Part shown: one piece after another, positions 9,241-18,375 of the stretch
Layout of the letters: each line of letters begins with the position of its first letter
Position numbering within the stretch: position 1 is the stretch's first letter
Virus record (IMG/VR): IMGVR_UViG_3300031841_004478
Length of the DNA stretch: 64,000 bases
Direction: 5' to 3' (one strand)
DNA from: an uncultured virus (IMG/VR IMGVR_UViG_3300031841_004478)
Taxonomy: Duplodnaviria > Heunggongvirae > Uroviricota > Caudoviricetes
Made by a program: the position numbers and the translations under genes
The notes under the pieces: model-generated
The model's input: only the letters and a program-made list of their open reading frames with translations
What the model was told of the DNA's origin: nothing
Databases searched by the model: none

Positions 9241-10038
9241 AATATTTTGTTCTTTTTCTCGTTCATCTCGTTCATATTGTGCTCTATACTTATTGTTTGC
9301 CTTAATAACTTCTTCAATGATTGAAAGAACTCCAAGACCTGCGGTTTCAACAATTGCTTTTGTATCTTTTGGAAAACACGCTCCACCAAAACCTCTTTTA
9401 TTGTCAAATCCTGGAACTTTAGTATGACCATGACCAATTCGCTTATCAGATCCAACTGCATTGAATACTACAGAAGGATTGGCATCGTATTGTGCACAAA
9501 GATCGTACATTTGATTGAAAAATGTTACTTTAGTTGCTAAGAAAGAATTAATAGTATATTTAACTAAAGAAGCTTCAATCATAGTCATAGTAAAAAACGA
9601 TGCAGGATTACATAAACTATAACCTACATATAAATCTATAACATCATCTACAGCTTCAACTGGTCCACCTAAAATATGGAATTGTGGATTAATAAATTGT
9701 TCTGCTGCTGATTTTTCAGTAAGAAATTCTGGATTATACACCACATCTGGATGCATCATCTCTTCGATAATATGTGGTGGAACAGTAGATTTTAGAATAA
9801 TTTTTGCTGGAAAATCATTTGAGAGTAATTCTTCCATGACTTCTCGAACGATACTAAAATCATCCATTGGTGTTGGAACACAAACGAAAATATAATCTGT
9901 ATCATCGTCAATGTCCATAATTTCAGTGCCAAGTTTTGGATCGATATGTTGTTGAATCACATGAGGATGATTAAATCCATACGCAACTGCACCACCAACA
10001 AAACCTAATCCAACGATAGCTATTTTTTGTTCGTGCAT
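9217..10038 (-). CDS. UDP-glucose/GDP-mannose 6-dehydrogenase family protein
   Basis: GLGFVG, CVPTP, KSTVPP, YNPEFL, KY..NSFLATKV, GFGGACFPKD; lacks the C-terminal UDP-binding domain. Confidence 0.9.
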   Translation of the reverse strand: MHEQKIAIVGLGFVGGAVAYGFNHPHVIQQHIDPKLGTEIMDIDDDTDYIFVCVPTPMDDFSIVREVMEELLSNDFPAKIILKSTVPPHIIEEMMHPDVVYNPEFLTEKSAAEQFINPQFHILGGPVEAVDDVIDLYVGYSLCNPASFFTMTMIEASLVKYTINSFLATKVTFFNQMYDLCAQYDANPSVVFNAVGSDKRIGHGHTKVPGFDNKRGFGGACFPKDTKAIVETAGLGVLSIIEEVIKANNKYRAQYERDEREKEQNIVYFKKDM

Positions 10039-10454
10039 TCCGAAACTCTCATCCTTAAATCGCTTGTCGAAAAGCGATGATCTCTCTTGTTGAAGTAAAG
10101 TTGTATTCCCCTTTTCCTGCATTCGTCTTTTCCTGTGAATTCTTTATCCCGATATTCTTCACCGAGTATTCGAATATCAATAGGATACATGTTGAGAATG
10201 TCGAGTAAATCATTTTCAGTCGTATATACGACTACTTCATCGACATATTTAATTGCTGCTAATTGTGCCTGCCTCTCAACAACAGTTTGTACAGGTGTAT
10301 TTTTTAATCTACGATCAATTGAAGGATCCACCTGTAATCCAACAATAAGATAATCGCAAACCGATTTTGCTTCACGTAACATTGCGACGTGGCCAGCATG
10401 TAATAAATCAAATGTACTACAAGTAAAACCTATAGTGACTTTAGAGTATTCCAT
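10020..10454 (-). CDS. glycerol-3-phosphate cytidylyltransferase-like (TagD family)
   Basis: FDLLHAGH (HxGH), LIVGL, ER..QL.AIKYVDEV, RFSTS motifs. Confidence 0.85.
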   Translation of the reverse strand: MEYSKVTIGFTCSTFDLLHAGHVAMLREAKSVCDYLIVGLQVDPSIDRRLKNTPVQTVVERQAQLAAIKYVDEVVVYTTENDLLDILNMYPIDIRILGEEYRDKEFTGKDECRKRGIQLYFNKRDHRFSTSDLRMRVSECTNKK

Positions 10455-11161
10455 GTATGTTTCCAATCCATAACTGTAAATGATTTGCCGCATGGCATTT
10501 CATTCACTGCATCATAAATTTCAGCGTCATTACCACCAAATTGTGTTTTATCGCCAAAGAAATATATATTATCGTAATGTTCGAAGTCTTTTAGGATCTG
10601 AGCTTTGTTACAACCTAATGGTGTAATATCAATTCCAGTTTCACCAGCCACTTTAAATTCAATATCTTTAAAATGTTCTCTAAGCCTATGCGCAATCTTA
10701 TCTCTATCTTGATTTAATCTATCATATTCAACATACATCTTACGTTCACCAAGAGTACAATTACGACCGACTATACTAAAATTAAGCAAACCTACTCGTT
10801 GTTCAATATGATTACCAGTTCGAAGTGGAAATTTATTTTCTCTTAATTCAAATTCCAAAATACGAATAAGGTGATCAGATGCTTTCCAATCACTATCACT
10901 TATACAAATATTTTTTCTAAAAACTTGAGCACCAGAACATTGGTAAACACGTTTACACAATTCGTAAATATATTCACCAACTTGTTCAACGGTTTTTGGT
11001 TTATCACTGCCAGTTACAAGATAGACTTCGTTCTTTTCGGCGAACTTAGAAAACCATACAGCGAATTTTTTATCCATACGTCCACGGCTTGGAGTTAACG
11101 TGCCGTCTACGTCAAAGATATATTTACTCTTCTGCTTGCGATTTACGTGTGGTATTGACAT
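10430..11161 (-). CDS. HAD-IIB phosphatase / eukaryotic-type phosphomannomutase-like
   Basis: FDVDGTLT, VTGSD, IEQR.GLLNFS.VGRN, FFGDKT..GGND. Confidence 0.85.
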   Translation of the reverse strand: MSIPHVNRKQKSKYIFDVDGTLTPSRGRMDKKFAVWFSKFAEKNEVYLVTGSDKPKTVEQVGEYIYELCKRVYQCSGAQVFRKNICISDSDWKASDHLIRILEFELRENKFPLRTGNHIEQRVGLLNFSIVGRNCTLGERKMYVEYDRLNQDRDKIAHRLREHFKDIEFKVAGETGIDITPLGCNKAQILKDFEHYDNIYFFGDKTQFGGNDAEIYDAVNEMPCGKSFTVMDWKHTWNTLKSL

Positions 11162-11489
11162 TAATTGGCCTATTCAAAAAATCACGACCTGGTTCTTGAC
11201 CATCCATACCACCTTGCATATAGGCTGCAAAGAAGGATGCATAGTTAATCATATCTATACACGAATCTTCGAGCGATTCAAAATTCGGTGCGTAATCGGG
11301 ATCACTTTCCATTGCTTCAAGTACTGACTGCATACGTAAAATCTTGGCATGCATGATATCAAGAATGGTTGCGCAACCACGTGGATAATACATGGCTTGA
11401 CGAATACGTGAATTTGGATTTTGGTAATCGTTACCTTTTTTATTCTGAATTTCAGCTGCTTTTTGCAGGATCTTTAAGCTTTCTTTCAT
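11124..11489 (-). CDS. nucleotide-modification-associated all-alpha protein (DUF1599/DUF6378-like)
   Basis: KK..DY and ES.EDS.ID.INY motifs; ATG overlaps upstream stop (TAATG). Confidence 0.6.
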   Translation of the reverse strand: MKESLKILQKAAEIQNKKGNDYQNPNSRIRQAMYYPRGCATILDIMHAKILRMQSVLEAMESDPDYAPNFESLEDSCIDMINYASFFAAYMQGGMDGQEPGRDFLNRPINVNTTRKSQAEE

Positions 11490-11743
11490 TAACAAACTTC
11501 CCAACCTAAGTTATCTGCAACCCAATCGTTGCCTTTATCTTTTGCAAGAGCACATACTATTTGTTCACGAGGCTCTGTATCCATATCATTAATTGTATTA
11601 ACGGCATTTTCTATATTGCCAAGAGAAATTTGAACGTCAACAAATTGAAACGCTTTTAGATCATCAAGATAAAGATCTTTCAAATCTTTGTCTTCAATTG
11701 AGTAGCTAAATGTTTGATCGATAAGAGTTTTAACGGCGTTCAT
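11489..11743 (-). CDS. hypothetical early protein
   Basis: ATG 11743 behind AAGGAG, directly after an early promoter. Confidence 0.7.
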   Translation of the reverse strand: MNAVKTLIDQTFSYSIEDKDLKDLYLDDLKAFQFVDVQISLGNIENAVNTINDMDTEPREQIVCALAKDKGNDWVADNLGWEVC

Positions 11744-11769
11744 AGTATTCTCCTTCATTTGATATATCT

Positions 11770-11798
11770 ATCCTACCATAACTGGAATACGTTGTACA
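11770..11798 (-). promoter_or_regulatory. early promoter
   Basis: TGTACA-N17-TAGGAT with TGG extension. Confidence 0.7.
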
Positions 11799-11818
11799 TG
11801 TTTTTGTTTCATTCAAAA

Positions 11819-12328
11819 TCAATGACTTATCATTTTTTTTGGTCTGTAATAATAACCATCATACTGGCTTTTTTGCATTTTAAGCAAAACCGTATTAGCT
11901 TCTTCATAAGCAAAGAACGCATGTGGTACAACTTGACCAACTTCAAACTGCTCTTTAGTATCGATAGTAGTGTAAAATAAAAAATGAGTAAGTTCTCCTT
12001 GAGAAACTCGAGATTTCATCATATCTAATTTTTGCTCTGCAGTTTTACCATCACGTGACTTGCTTCGCGTTATATTATAGTTAATACTTTCTAGTCTTTT
12101 AGCATCAATAAAATGATCAAGAATTCTAAAATCATGTTTATAATTATTTGGCATTTTTACTAAAGGTTTGTCAGCACCATAAAGTAACCACCATTCAAGT
12201 AAAAGATAATCACAATGCTTTCTATTTACAAATCCTCCTTCGTCATGTAGTTGATCAGCATAATTACAGAAGTCTTGAGTAACTACAATGTCACGAGTTA
12301 CTAAATTAGAAAGTTGATTAATCATCAT
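11819..12328 (-). CDS. PD-(D/E)xK nuclease, DenB (endonuclease IV)-like
   Basis: LLEWW...YKHDF...IDAK, FLFYTT and terminal KSQYDGYY parallel T4 DenB as recalled (AEFF...AWDV...VEVK, IIIFNT, KSNYNGWY). Confidence 0.5.
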   Translation of the reverse strand: MMINQLSNLVTRDIVVTQDFCNYADQLHDEGGFVNRKHCDYLLLEWWLLYGADKPLVKMPNNYKHDFRILDHFIDAKRLESINYNITRSKSRDGKTAEQKLDMMKSRVSQGELTHFLFYTTIDTKEQFEVGQVVPHAFFAYEEANTVLLKMQKSQYDGYYYRPKKMISH

Positions 12329-13034
12329 TACCTCCAGAAAATGGCCATTTTGGCCTTTTCAGAACATGTTTATCAGACTGCCATAATCTTCGAAGAGCTG
12401 CTTTTTTTAAATCAGCAGATTCTATATGAGTTATAGGATTTGAAAAAGTCATTACTGATAATACAGAACCAGCTTTAAAATGATATTTACCAGGAGAAAA
12501 AAATGCTATCGTATTTAATGGCATAGCTTTACATTCAACTAAACCCGGTGACACTTTATATGGTACATCATTCCAATAAAGCGGATCTATAAATTGAACT
12601 AAAGTATTTTTTACATTGATATGACAATCAAATTCAAATTTTATTGCAACGTAATTTCCTGGCATTCCTTGAAGTTGACCAGATCCATGGTGAGTTATAC
12701 TTTTTAAAACTGTATATCTGCTTTTTGTTTGGTATTTGTAATCTAGATTTTCATCTATCTCAAGTAAAATATCACATGGAAATTTAATAGCAACTGAATG
12801 TTTAAATAGTGTATTAAATCCTGGACAAGACTTCGAAGTTTTTACAGACTCAGGAATAAAGTGCATCAAATCATTCCAATATTTTCTTATATAATCAGGA
12901 ACAGATTTGGCCTCATTATGTGTAATAACGGGTTGAGTTGTAAACCATTTCGGTTTTTCTAAAGAAAGAAATTCTCCCTCTATACTATGACCAACGTGAG
13001 TCATATCACCTATACAATATTCTAATTTAGACAT
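12318..13034 (-). CDS. hypothetical protein
   Basis: Long ORF with T.K.CPGF motif; start moved to ATG 13034. Confidence 0.7.
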   Translation of the reverse strand: MSKLEYCIGDMTHVGHSIEGEFLSLEKPKWFTTQPVITHNEAKSVPDYIRKYWNDLMHFIPESVKTSKSCPGFNTLFKHSVAIKFPCDILLEIDENLDYKYQTKSRYTVLKSITHHGSGQLQGMPGNYVAIKFEFDCHINVKNTLVQFIDPLYWNDVPYKVSPGLVECKAMPLNTIAFFSPGKYHFKAGSVLSVMTFSNPITHIESADLKKAALRRLWQSDKHVLKRPKWPFSGGNDD

Positions 13035-13953
13035 TTTTATACACATACTCCAAAGCTCTATCTGCTTCTTTTTCCATTGGTCGATTTTCATACCAATTAC
13101 CAGTTTCGATATCAAGTTCTCTACACATTGCAGTGATTTCTTGACATGTAATTGGATAATTATTCTTCACAGCATTACCAGCAATGGCAACCATAATTTG
13201 GTACATCTTATGATACCAACCAGTATTATTAATTAAACGATATTCGGATTCCAAATTTTTAGGAAAGAATGGACAGTCACGATATGATGACCAATTAAAA
13301 TTAGTATTATCAAGTTTGGCTTTACGATGCTCTACAATTTGTGCTTGAATTTCTTCTGGTAATCTATCAAAGAAATTATTGCCGCTTTTAATTGGAGCTG
13401 GATGTTTAGCCATTAAAACATCAGGATCTATAGCCATACCAGTATGATCAAAAATAAAGTTGAAAGCAGACTTGTACGTGCCAGGGATATAATACATTCG
13501 TGAATAATCTTTAGTCTGTTTATCTCCAATCGAACCGAGTTCGGTATTGAGGGCGTACCAGAAAGCTCGGATGTTATCTGCTTTAACTCTTTTCGTAAGT
13601 GGGAACACAAGCCTAAACTTAGGATAATCTTCTCGACTGCTAGCAGTACTATAGCAAATAAAGCTGAACTTATTATATAAGGCAACCAACTCATTTTGTA
13701 GATCTCCTTCAAACTTGTGGTCATCAACATCAACAGCACACCAACCACCCCAATCAACTACATTGGCATTAGCTCGAGTTGTATTGGGGTGGTAAGTGGC
13801 AGGAGATATTAGTTGTGCTTCTTCTTTAGATTCACGAGGCACTTTAGCGAGATCGTATAACAAATGTTTGAACTGGTCAAAATTGTCCAAGTCCATACGA
13901 CGATGTGTCTTATTGTCAAATACGCTTTTAAACAGCGTTAGAGAGATCTCCAT
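13027..13953 (-). CDS. AEP-family primase-polymerase
   Basis: ISPA.Y, AVDVDD (DxD), YSTAS, KFRLVFPL, SRMYYIP motifs plus helical C-terminal domain. Confidence 0.7.
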   Translation of the reverse strand: MEISLTLFKSVFDNKTHRRMDLDNFDQFKHLLYDLAKVPRESKEEAQLISPATYHPNTTRANANVVDWGGWCAVDVDDHKFEGDLQNELVALYNKFSFICYSTASSREDYPKFRLVFPLTKRVKADNIRAFWYALNTELGSIGDKQTKDYSRMYYIPGTYKSAFNFIFDHTGMAIDPDVLMAKHPAPIKSGNNFFDRLPEEIQAQIVEHRKAKLDNTNFNWSSYRDCPFFPKNLESEYRLINNTGWYHKMYQIMVAIAGNAVKNNYPITCQEITAMCRELDIETGNWYENRPMEKEADRALEYVYKNV

Positions 13954-14341
13954 GATTATCCTCGTGATTAGGACCTTTCCACCCACCGGGTTTCAATAGA
14001 TCAGGTAAACCAAATCGATTTGGCCGACCAGGTTTTATACCAGCCTTTTTATCCATATTGGCACGATAAATTTCATCCCACGCTTTATGAGCATCTACTC
14101 CAAAAACGTCTAATGTACCAATAGCGAAAACACATAGATCAATTAAACCATCTACGATTTCTTCTTCATCGCCATTATTAATAGCTCCAAGAGTTTCGTG
14201 TAACTCTTCATTAATCATTAACATACGAAACATAAGATACTTACGCATAAGATCTTTGTTGTCTTTGTTATTTTCAAACCAATCATGTACACCATATTTC
14301 TGGTGCATTTCATTGATATCTTTTACCCAATTTTCACTCAT
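13928..14341 (-). CDS. MazG/PRA-PH-like NTP pyrophosphohydrolase
   Basis: EELHE...EIVDGLIDL, ANMDK, LLKP.GW.GP motifs. Confidence 0.85.
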   Translation of the reverse strand: MSENWVKDINEMHQKYGVHDWFENNKDNKDLMRKYLMFRMLMINEELHETLGAINNGDEEEIVDGLIDLCVFAIGTLDVFGVDAHKAWDEIYRANMDKKAGIKPGRPNRFGLPDLLKPGGWKGPNHEDNHGDLSNAV

Positions 14342-14342
14342 A

Positions 14343-14495
14343 TTAAGATACCTGTACTGCGAACGAGATGATCGACCAAAAGAACAAAATTGCGATGTAG
14401 ATAGTAAGACCAAGAATGACTAATTGCCCATTGTCTAAATCTGCGGCTGTACCTTCACCGTATTTGTCTTTAAATGCTTTCAATGTTTTTTTCAT
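14343..14495 (-). CDS. 50-aa membrane protein (MKKTLKAFKDKYGEGTAADLDNGQLVILGLTIYIAILFFWSIISFAVQVS)
   Basis: Read manually; fills the gap between promoter and MazG-like gene; one hydrophobic helix. Confidence 0.65.
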   Translation of the reverse strand: MKKTLKAFKDKYGEGTAADLDNGQLVILGLTIYIAILFFWSIISFAVQVS

Positions 14496-14501
14496 GATCC
14501 T

Positions 14502-14530
14502 ATTATACTCCATTTTTCATTGTTTGTACA
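14502..14530 (-). promoter_or_regulatory. early/middle promoter
   Basis: TGTACA-N17-TATAAT; 6 nt to ATG 14495. Confidence 0.7.
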
Positions 14531-14534
14531 TACT

Positions 14535-17021
14535 TTACACAAAGAAATCTTCTAGTGTTGCTTTTTCTTCAGCTGACCACCCAACCGCATTGAGAATAAA
14601 ATTAAGTGGTTCGATGAAAGTTTTTTCAAATTGTAAATCGTAATCAACATATCGGTGTAGTTTAAATTCTTCGGGCAAAACATCTGGATATGCGATTACG
14701 TTTTCTTGAATTGGATTTGGAACTTTAAGATACGTGAATTTGAGGCGATCACCATTTACAACCGACTCATACTTTTTCGTAAGCTTATGTTGTTTTAAGT
14801 ACTTATTGTATAAGATAGCGCCTCGAACATGAATCGGTGTACCTTTCTTATATGAACCACGTTCCATCCAATCTGTAATATTAGATATAGATCTTGGAAA
14901 ACTTACTTGCTCTGGAGGTAGGTTGTTGAATTGTTGCCTAAAATCTGCGATATATTTTTGAGTTTCGGCTTCTGTACCAGACAAGATAATTTTAAAAACT
15001 TCTTTAAATTTATCACGAACAACTTCAGGTGTAGAAGACTTAATAGCCTCAATACCCATAATCTTGAGTTTTGGTTCAGCGTATTGTACGCCTTCGTTAT
15101 TGTGGACGTTTAGGATATATCGTTTCTTTGCTGTCCAAATACCACGATCAGCAATAACTTCTCTACCCATTTCCATACGATTTTTATGGCCATTCATGTT
15201 TTTAAACAATTGTGCGTACGCTTTGGCCAATGCTGGCTCAAAGTGATCTTTACATATTTTATCTAAAAATTGAACTGGATTCTTAGGTTTTAATAACCCA
15301 ACCAAAGGGCCAAAATTAACATACAAAGAATCAGTATCAATAGCAATAACATAGTCTGCATCGGTTTTTAATATTTGATTCATAGCCATGTTCATAGCTT
15401 TTTCAGCCCATTGTATAGCAAGTTGACCAGATAGTGTTACACCCTCGGCAAGTCGCAAATCAAAATATTTGAAGTATTGATTACCCAATGCGCCATACAA
15501 AGAGTTCATCAAAATCTTAATCGCCATTTGCTGGTTACCAAGAGTATTTATGTCATTTTGTAAACTTTCGTCTTTTGTTTTTTGATATTGTTGTTCAATA
15601 GCAAGCATCATATTTTTGATAGATCGACGTTCGTCATAGTAATCTTCAATAATACTTGGAATTACACCATCAATATCTTTACGATATGTAGAACCATTAG
15701 CTGCTACTGCGTAATTACTTTCAGTTGGAAGTCCACCATTCAAATAATGGTCAACACTATTAATTTGATTTTGACTAATCAAAGTTTCAGGTGACATATT
15801 ATTTTGAACAATAATATTAGGATATAGTGAATTTAAATCGAATGATACAACCCAATCATGAGCACCAACCATAGGATCTTTCACATAACCACCAGCGAAC
15901 TTTGATTTATGTGCTTCAGGTGGAAAAGCAGGAGGTACAATTTTTTGTGAGTTAAGTTTACGATAGATGATTGATTCCCATATCGCTGTAGTACCAAATG
16001 TGTCTTGATAATTAACACCACCTTTATATGCGATAGTCATAGCCAAAGTAATAAGACCAAGTTTATCTTCAAGACGATCAACAAGTTGTACGTCTTTCAT
16101 GTTATAATCGATATATTTTTGGAAATCATCTTTATAAAGATTGCGAAGAGAACCAGATTCTTCGAACGAAAGTTTTTTCTCGCCAAGAACTACATAAGCA
16201 ATATGGTCAAGTTTGTATGATTCTTGTGGACCATACGTATAACCAAATTTTTGAAATAACTCGAGATAATCGAGAGTTTGAATACCTTTAATATCGTACA
16301 CATCTTCTTCTTTACCACGACGAGTAATTTTACGATAGTCTACCATACCCCATGGAGAGAATCGTTTGATGTCATTAAGACCAAGAATTTTGGCACAACG
16401 ATTAATAAGATATGGAATATCAAAGAATCGAGTATTCCAACCCGTGATAACATCAGGTGTACGAGCAGGATCTGACCACCAATTTAGAAATTGAAGAAAA
16501 AGATCTTCTTCATCATGACATTTAGTATACAAAACAGGTTGGATAAGAGCTTTTTCAGTGTCAAAGTCACCATAACCCCAAACCCAATACACATCAGATT
16601 TACTTGATTTTACAGTAATGGCTAAGACACGTTGATTGGCCTCGGATGGGTGTGGAAACCCATCATCGTATTCAGTTTCGATATCGATTGTGGCCACATT
16701 GATAAGCTCACGTTTAAATTCGATTTGTTTTGGAAACTTAGAAGTAATATATTGATGAATATAATTTGGATTACCAAACACAGATCTATTAGCCACATCT
16801 TTATTTGATTCGAGCCAAACTTTGGCATCTCTCATAGAATCAAAAGAAAGCCTACCAACTTTTTGACCGTATAATGATCGCCAACCTGTATCTTTTTCAG
16901 ACATAACAAAAAACTCTGGCGAAAACTTATCCTTGCGATAAACATTTTTGCCAGAGTTATCATAGCCACGGTACAACATAGAGTTACCGTAGCGAACTAC
17001 AGAAGTGTAAAAGTTAAACAT
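14535..17021 (-). CDS. gp43: family B DNA polymerase
   Basis: DIET exonuclease motif, SFDLNSLYP, KILMNSLYG, IDTDS, C-terminal LEDFF clamp-binding peptide. Confidence 0.98.
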   Translation of the reverse strand: MFNFYTSVVRYGNSMLYRGYDNSGKNVYRKDKFSPEFFVMSEKDTGWRSLYGQKVGRLSFDSMRDAKVWLESNKDVANRSVFGNPNYIHQYITSKFPKQIEFKRELINVATIDIETEYDDGFPHPSEANQRVLAITVKSSKSDVYWVWGYGDFDTEKALIQPVLYTKCHDEEDLFLQFLNWWSDPARTPDVITGWNTRFFDIPYLINRCAKILGLNDIKRFSPWGMVDYRKITRRGKEEDVYDIKGIQTLDYLELFQKFGYTYGPQESYKLDHIAYVVLGEKKLSFEESGSLRNLYKDDFQKYIDYNMKDVQLVDRLEDKLGLITLAMTIAYKGGVNYQDTFGTTAIWESIIYRKLNSQKIVPPAFPPEAHKSKFAGGYVKDPMVGAHDWVVSFDLNSLYPNIIVQNNMSPETLISQNQINSVDHYLNGGLPTESNYAVAANGSTYRKDIDGVIPSIIEDYYDERRSIKNMMLAIEQQYQKTKDESLQNDINTLGNQQMAIKILMNSLYGALGNQYFKYFDLRLAEGVTLSGQLAIQWAEKAMNMAMNQILKTDADYVIAIDTDSLYVNFGPLVGLLKPKNPVQFLDKICKDHFEPALAKAYAQLFKNMNGHKNRMEMGREVIADRGIWTAKKRYILNVHNNEGVQYAEPKLKIMGIEAIKSSTPEVVRDKFKEVFKIILSGTEAETQKYIADFRQQFNNLPPEQVSFPRSISNITDWMERGSYKKGTPIHVRGAILYNKYLKQHKLTKKYESVVNGDRLKFTYLKVPNPIQENVIAYPDVLPEEFKLHRYVDYDLQFEKTFIEPLNFILNAVGWSAEEKATLEDFFV

Positions 17022-17027
17022 AATATA

Positions 17028-17057
17028 ATTCTACCACAGAGTGTAAGAAAAGTAAAC
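17028..17057 (-). promoter_or_regulatory. T4 early-type promoter for gp43
   Basis: GTTTACT-N17-TAGAAT with TGTGG extension; 6 nt to ATG. Confidence 0.75.
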
Positions 17058-17059
17058 CG

Positions 17060-17410
17060 TTAAAGTGATTGTTTTTCTATAATTTCTGTCCAAACAGTAA
17101 TACCATTACTTACCATACATCCTTCACCGCGATTTTGAGTAGCACGTACATATACAAATGTTTTATCTGAATATCTAAACCAAAGAGAATCATAAATCCC
17201 TTGAGTTATGGTTTCTCCCATAAATACCATATCATGATTACTTGAGTTAAGATAATCAATAAGATCTTGTAAATCTCCGCACATCGCATTAATAAGCTTA
17301 GGTGAGATTTCACCCGGTCCATACGTCCTATCTTGTGCATAAACTGGGTAACAAAAACTTAATAAGAGTGTCGTAAATAAAACTTTACATAAGTTCGAAA
17401 TGTGGTCCAT
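17060..17410 (-). CDS. putative exported protein
   Basis: Signal-peptide-like N-terminus (VYA|QD), two Cys in mature part; overlaps endolysin end. Confidence 0.65.
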   Translation of the reverse strand: MDHISNLCKVLFTTLLLSFCYPVYAQDRTYGPGEISPKLINAMCGDLQDLIDYLNSSNHDMVFMGETITQGIYDSLWFRYSDKTFVYVRATQNRGEGCMVSNGITVWTEIIEKQSL

Positions 17411-17852
17411 CGATAAAAGGCCTCCGACCCTCGCTTCGACGAAGATCTATGTATGCGTTCATAGCATCTTCGGCCGATCCAGGGTAGTCCCTAATATCTC
17501 CTTCGGACCAAGCGGCTCCCCACTTGATCGCTACTCCAAGCTCTTCAGCGGCTTGTTTGAAAGCGTCACAAATATCGTCGTATACATTAAGTTCCCAAAC
17601 TACATCCGATCCATCGTATGCTACTACATCCACGGCGTGTGAATAACCGGAATCTTGAATAAGATGTTTTGATTTCATTGTTTGAGAACGCCCCGAAGCA
17701 ACAAGCTTCTCTTGTTCTTCAATCGTCCGTACTCCATATGTTACACCAAAATCTACTTTTGTGTATTCAATTGCACGTTCTACAACGGCAACCATATCTG
17801 GATGTACGCCTTCTAGTTTTCCACGGCTTCGTGACGATAAACTAAATCCCAT
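17385..17852 (-). CDS. M15-family endolysin (L-Ala-D-Glu peptidase-like)
   Basis: LEGVHPD, G.RT.EEQ, SKH, HAVD, WG..W, D.PHFEL zinc-peptidase motifs; late promoter upstream. Confidence 0.88.
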   Translation of the reverse strand: MGFSLSSRSRGKLEGVHPDMVAVVERAIEYTKVDFGVTYGVRTIEEQEKLVASGRSQTMKSKHLIQDSGYSHAVDVVAYDGSDVVWELNVYDDICDAFKQAAEELGVAIKWGAAWSEGDIRDYPGSAEDAMNAYIDLRRSEGRRPFIDGPHFELM

Positions 17853-17884
17853 AGTAATTTCCTTTGATTGTTGCTATTAATGTA

Positions 17885-17892
17885 TATTTATA
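17885..17892 (-). promoter_or_regulatory. T4 late promoter TATAAATA
   Basis: Exact consensus upstream of endolysin. Confidence 0.8.
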
Positions 17893-17899
17893 TCAGATG

Positions 17900-17923
17900 A
17901 AAAAAGGGGCAATATTGCCCCTT
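17900..17923 (-). terminator. intrinsic terminator
   Basis: AAGGGGCA-ATAT-TGCCCCTT followed by U-run. Confidence 0.8.
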
Positions 17924-17926
17924 CCA

Positions 17927-18163
17927 TCATTTTTCTTTTGTTGTTACAAATTCATAAAGTTTGTCAGCTTGTGCTTTAATTTCGTCAGGTGTAATTGCCT
18001 TTGGAATATAATTTTTATAAGCTTCTAATGCTTGTTCAGCATTGTCTTTATACATGTCCATTGCTTTATAAGCAACTTCCATTTGAATATCGTATTGTTT
18101 GTCAAGCATTTCTTTTGCCATATTCAATACATCATAACGAATTTGATAAGGGTTATTTGCCAT
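17927..18163 (-). CDS. conserved hypothetical helical protein
   Basis: Strong SD AGGAGG; NPYQIR...A..LYEFV pattern. Confidence 0.75.
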   Translation of the reverse strand: MANNPYQIRYDVLNMAKEMLDKQYDIQMEVAYKAMDMYKDNAEQALEAYKNYIPKAITPDEIKAQADKLYEFVTTKEK

Positions 18164-18198
18164 TTTGGCCTCCTGTGTGTTGTGTGTAGGAGAGGAGC

Positions 18199-18375
18199 TT
18201 AACGCTCCCCTCTAAGTGATTTTACTTGCATCATACAATGTTTTGCTTCTTCGTGCAAACCCATATTAGCAAGGTGTGCTGCGGCTCTGCTATATCCTGC
18301 TATTTCACAGAAATTATTAAAGCCTGACCAAAAACCTTGAAGAGGTGCGAATGTGTATTTCATTACTATATCCAT
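18199..18375 (-). CDS. small hypothetical protein
   Basis: ATG overlaps DUF1127 stop (TAATG). Confidence 0.6.
   Translation of the reverse strand: MDIVMKYTFAPLQGFWSGFNNFCEIAGYSRAAAHLANMGLHEEAKHCMMQVKSLRGER

Noticed and set aside
9207..9461. 84-aa minus-strand ORF
   Set aside because: Alternative frame inside the dehydrogenase gene; no motif or SD
18164..18375. Cuckoo (CcsR-like) sRNA array downstream of DUF1127
   Set aside because: Only one hairpin with CUCCUCUCC in the stem, not repeated CCUCCUCCC loops
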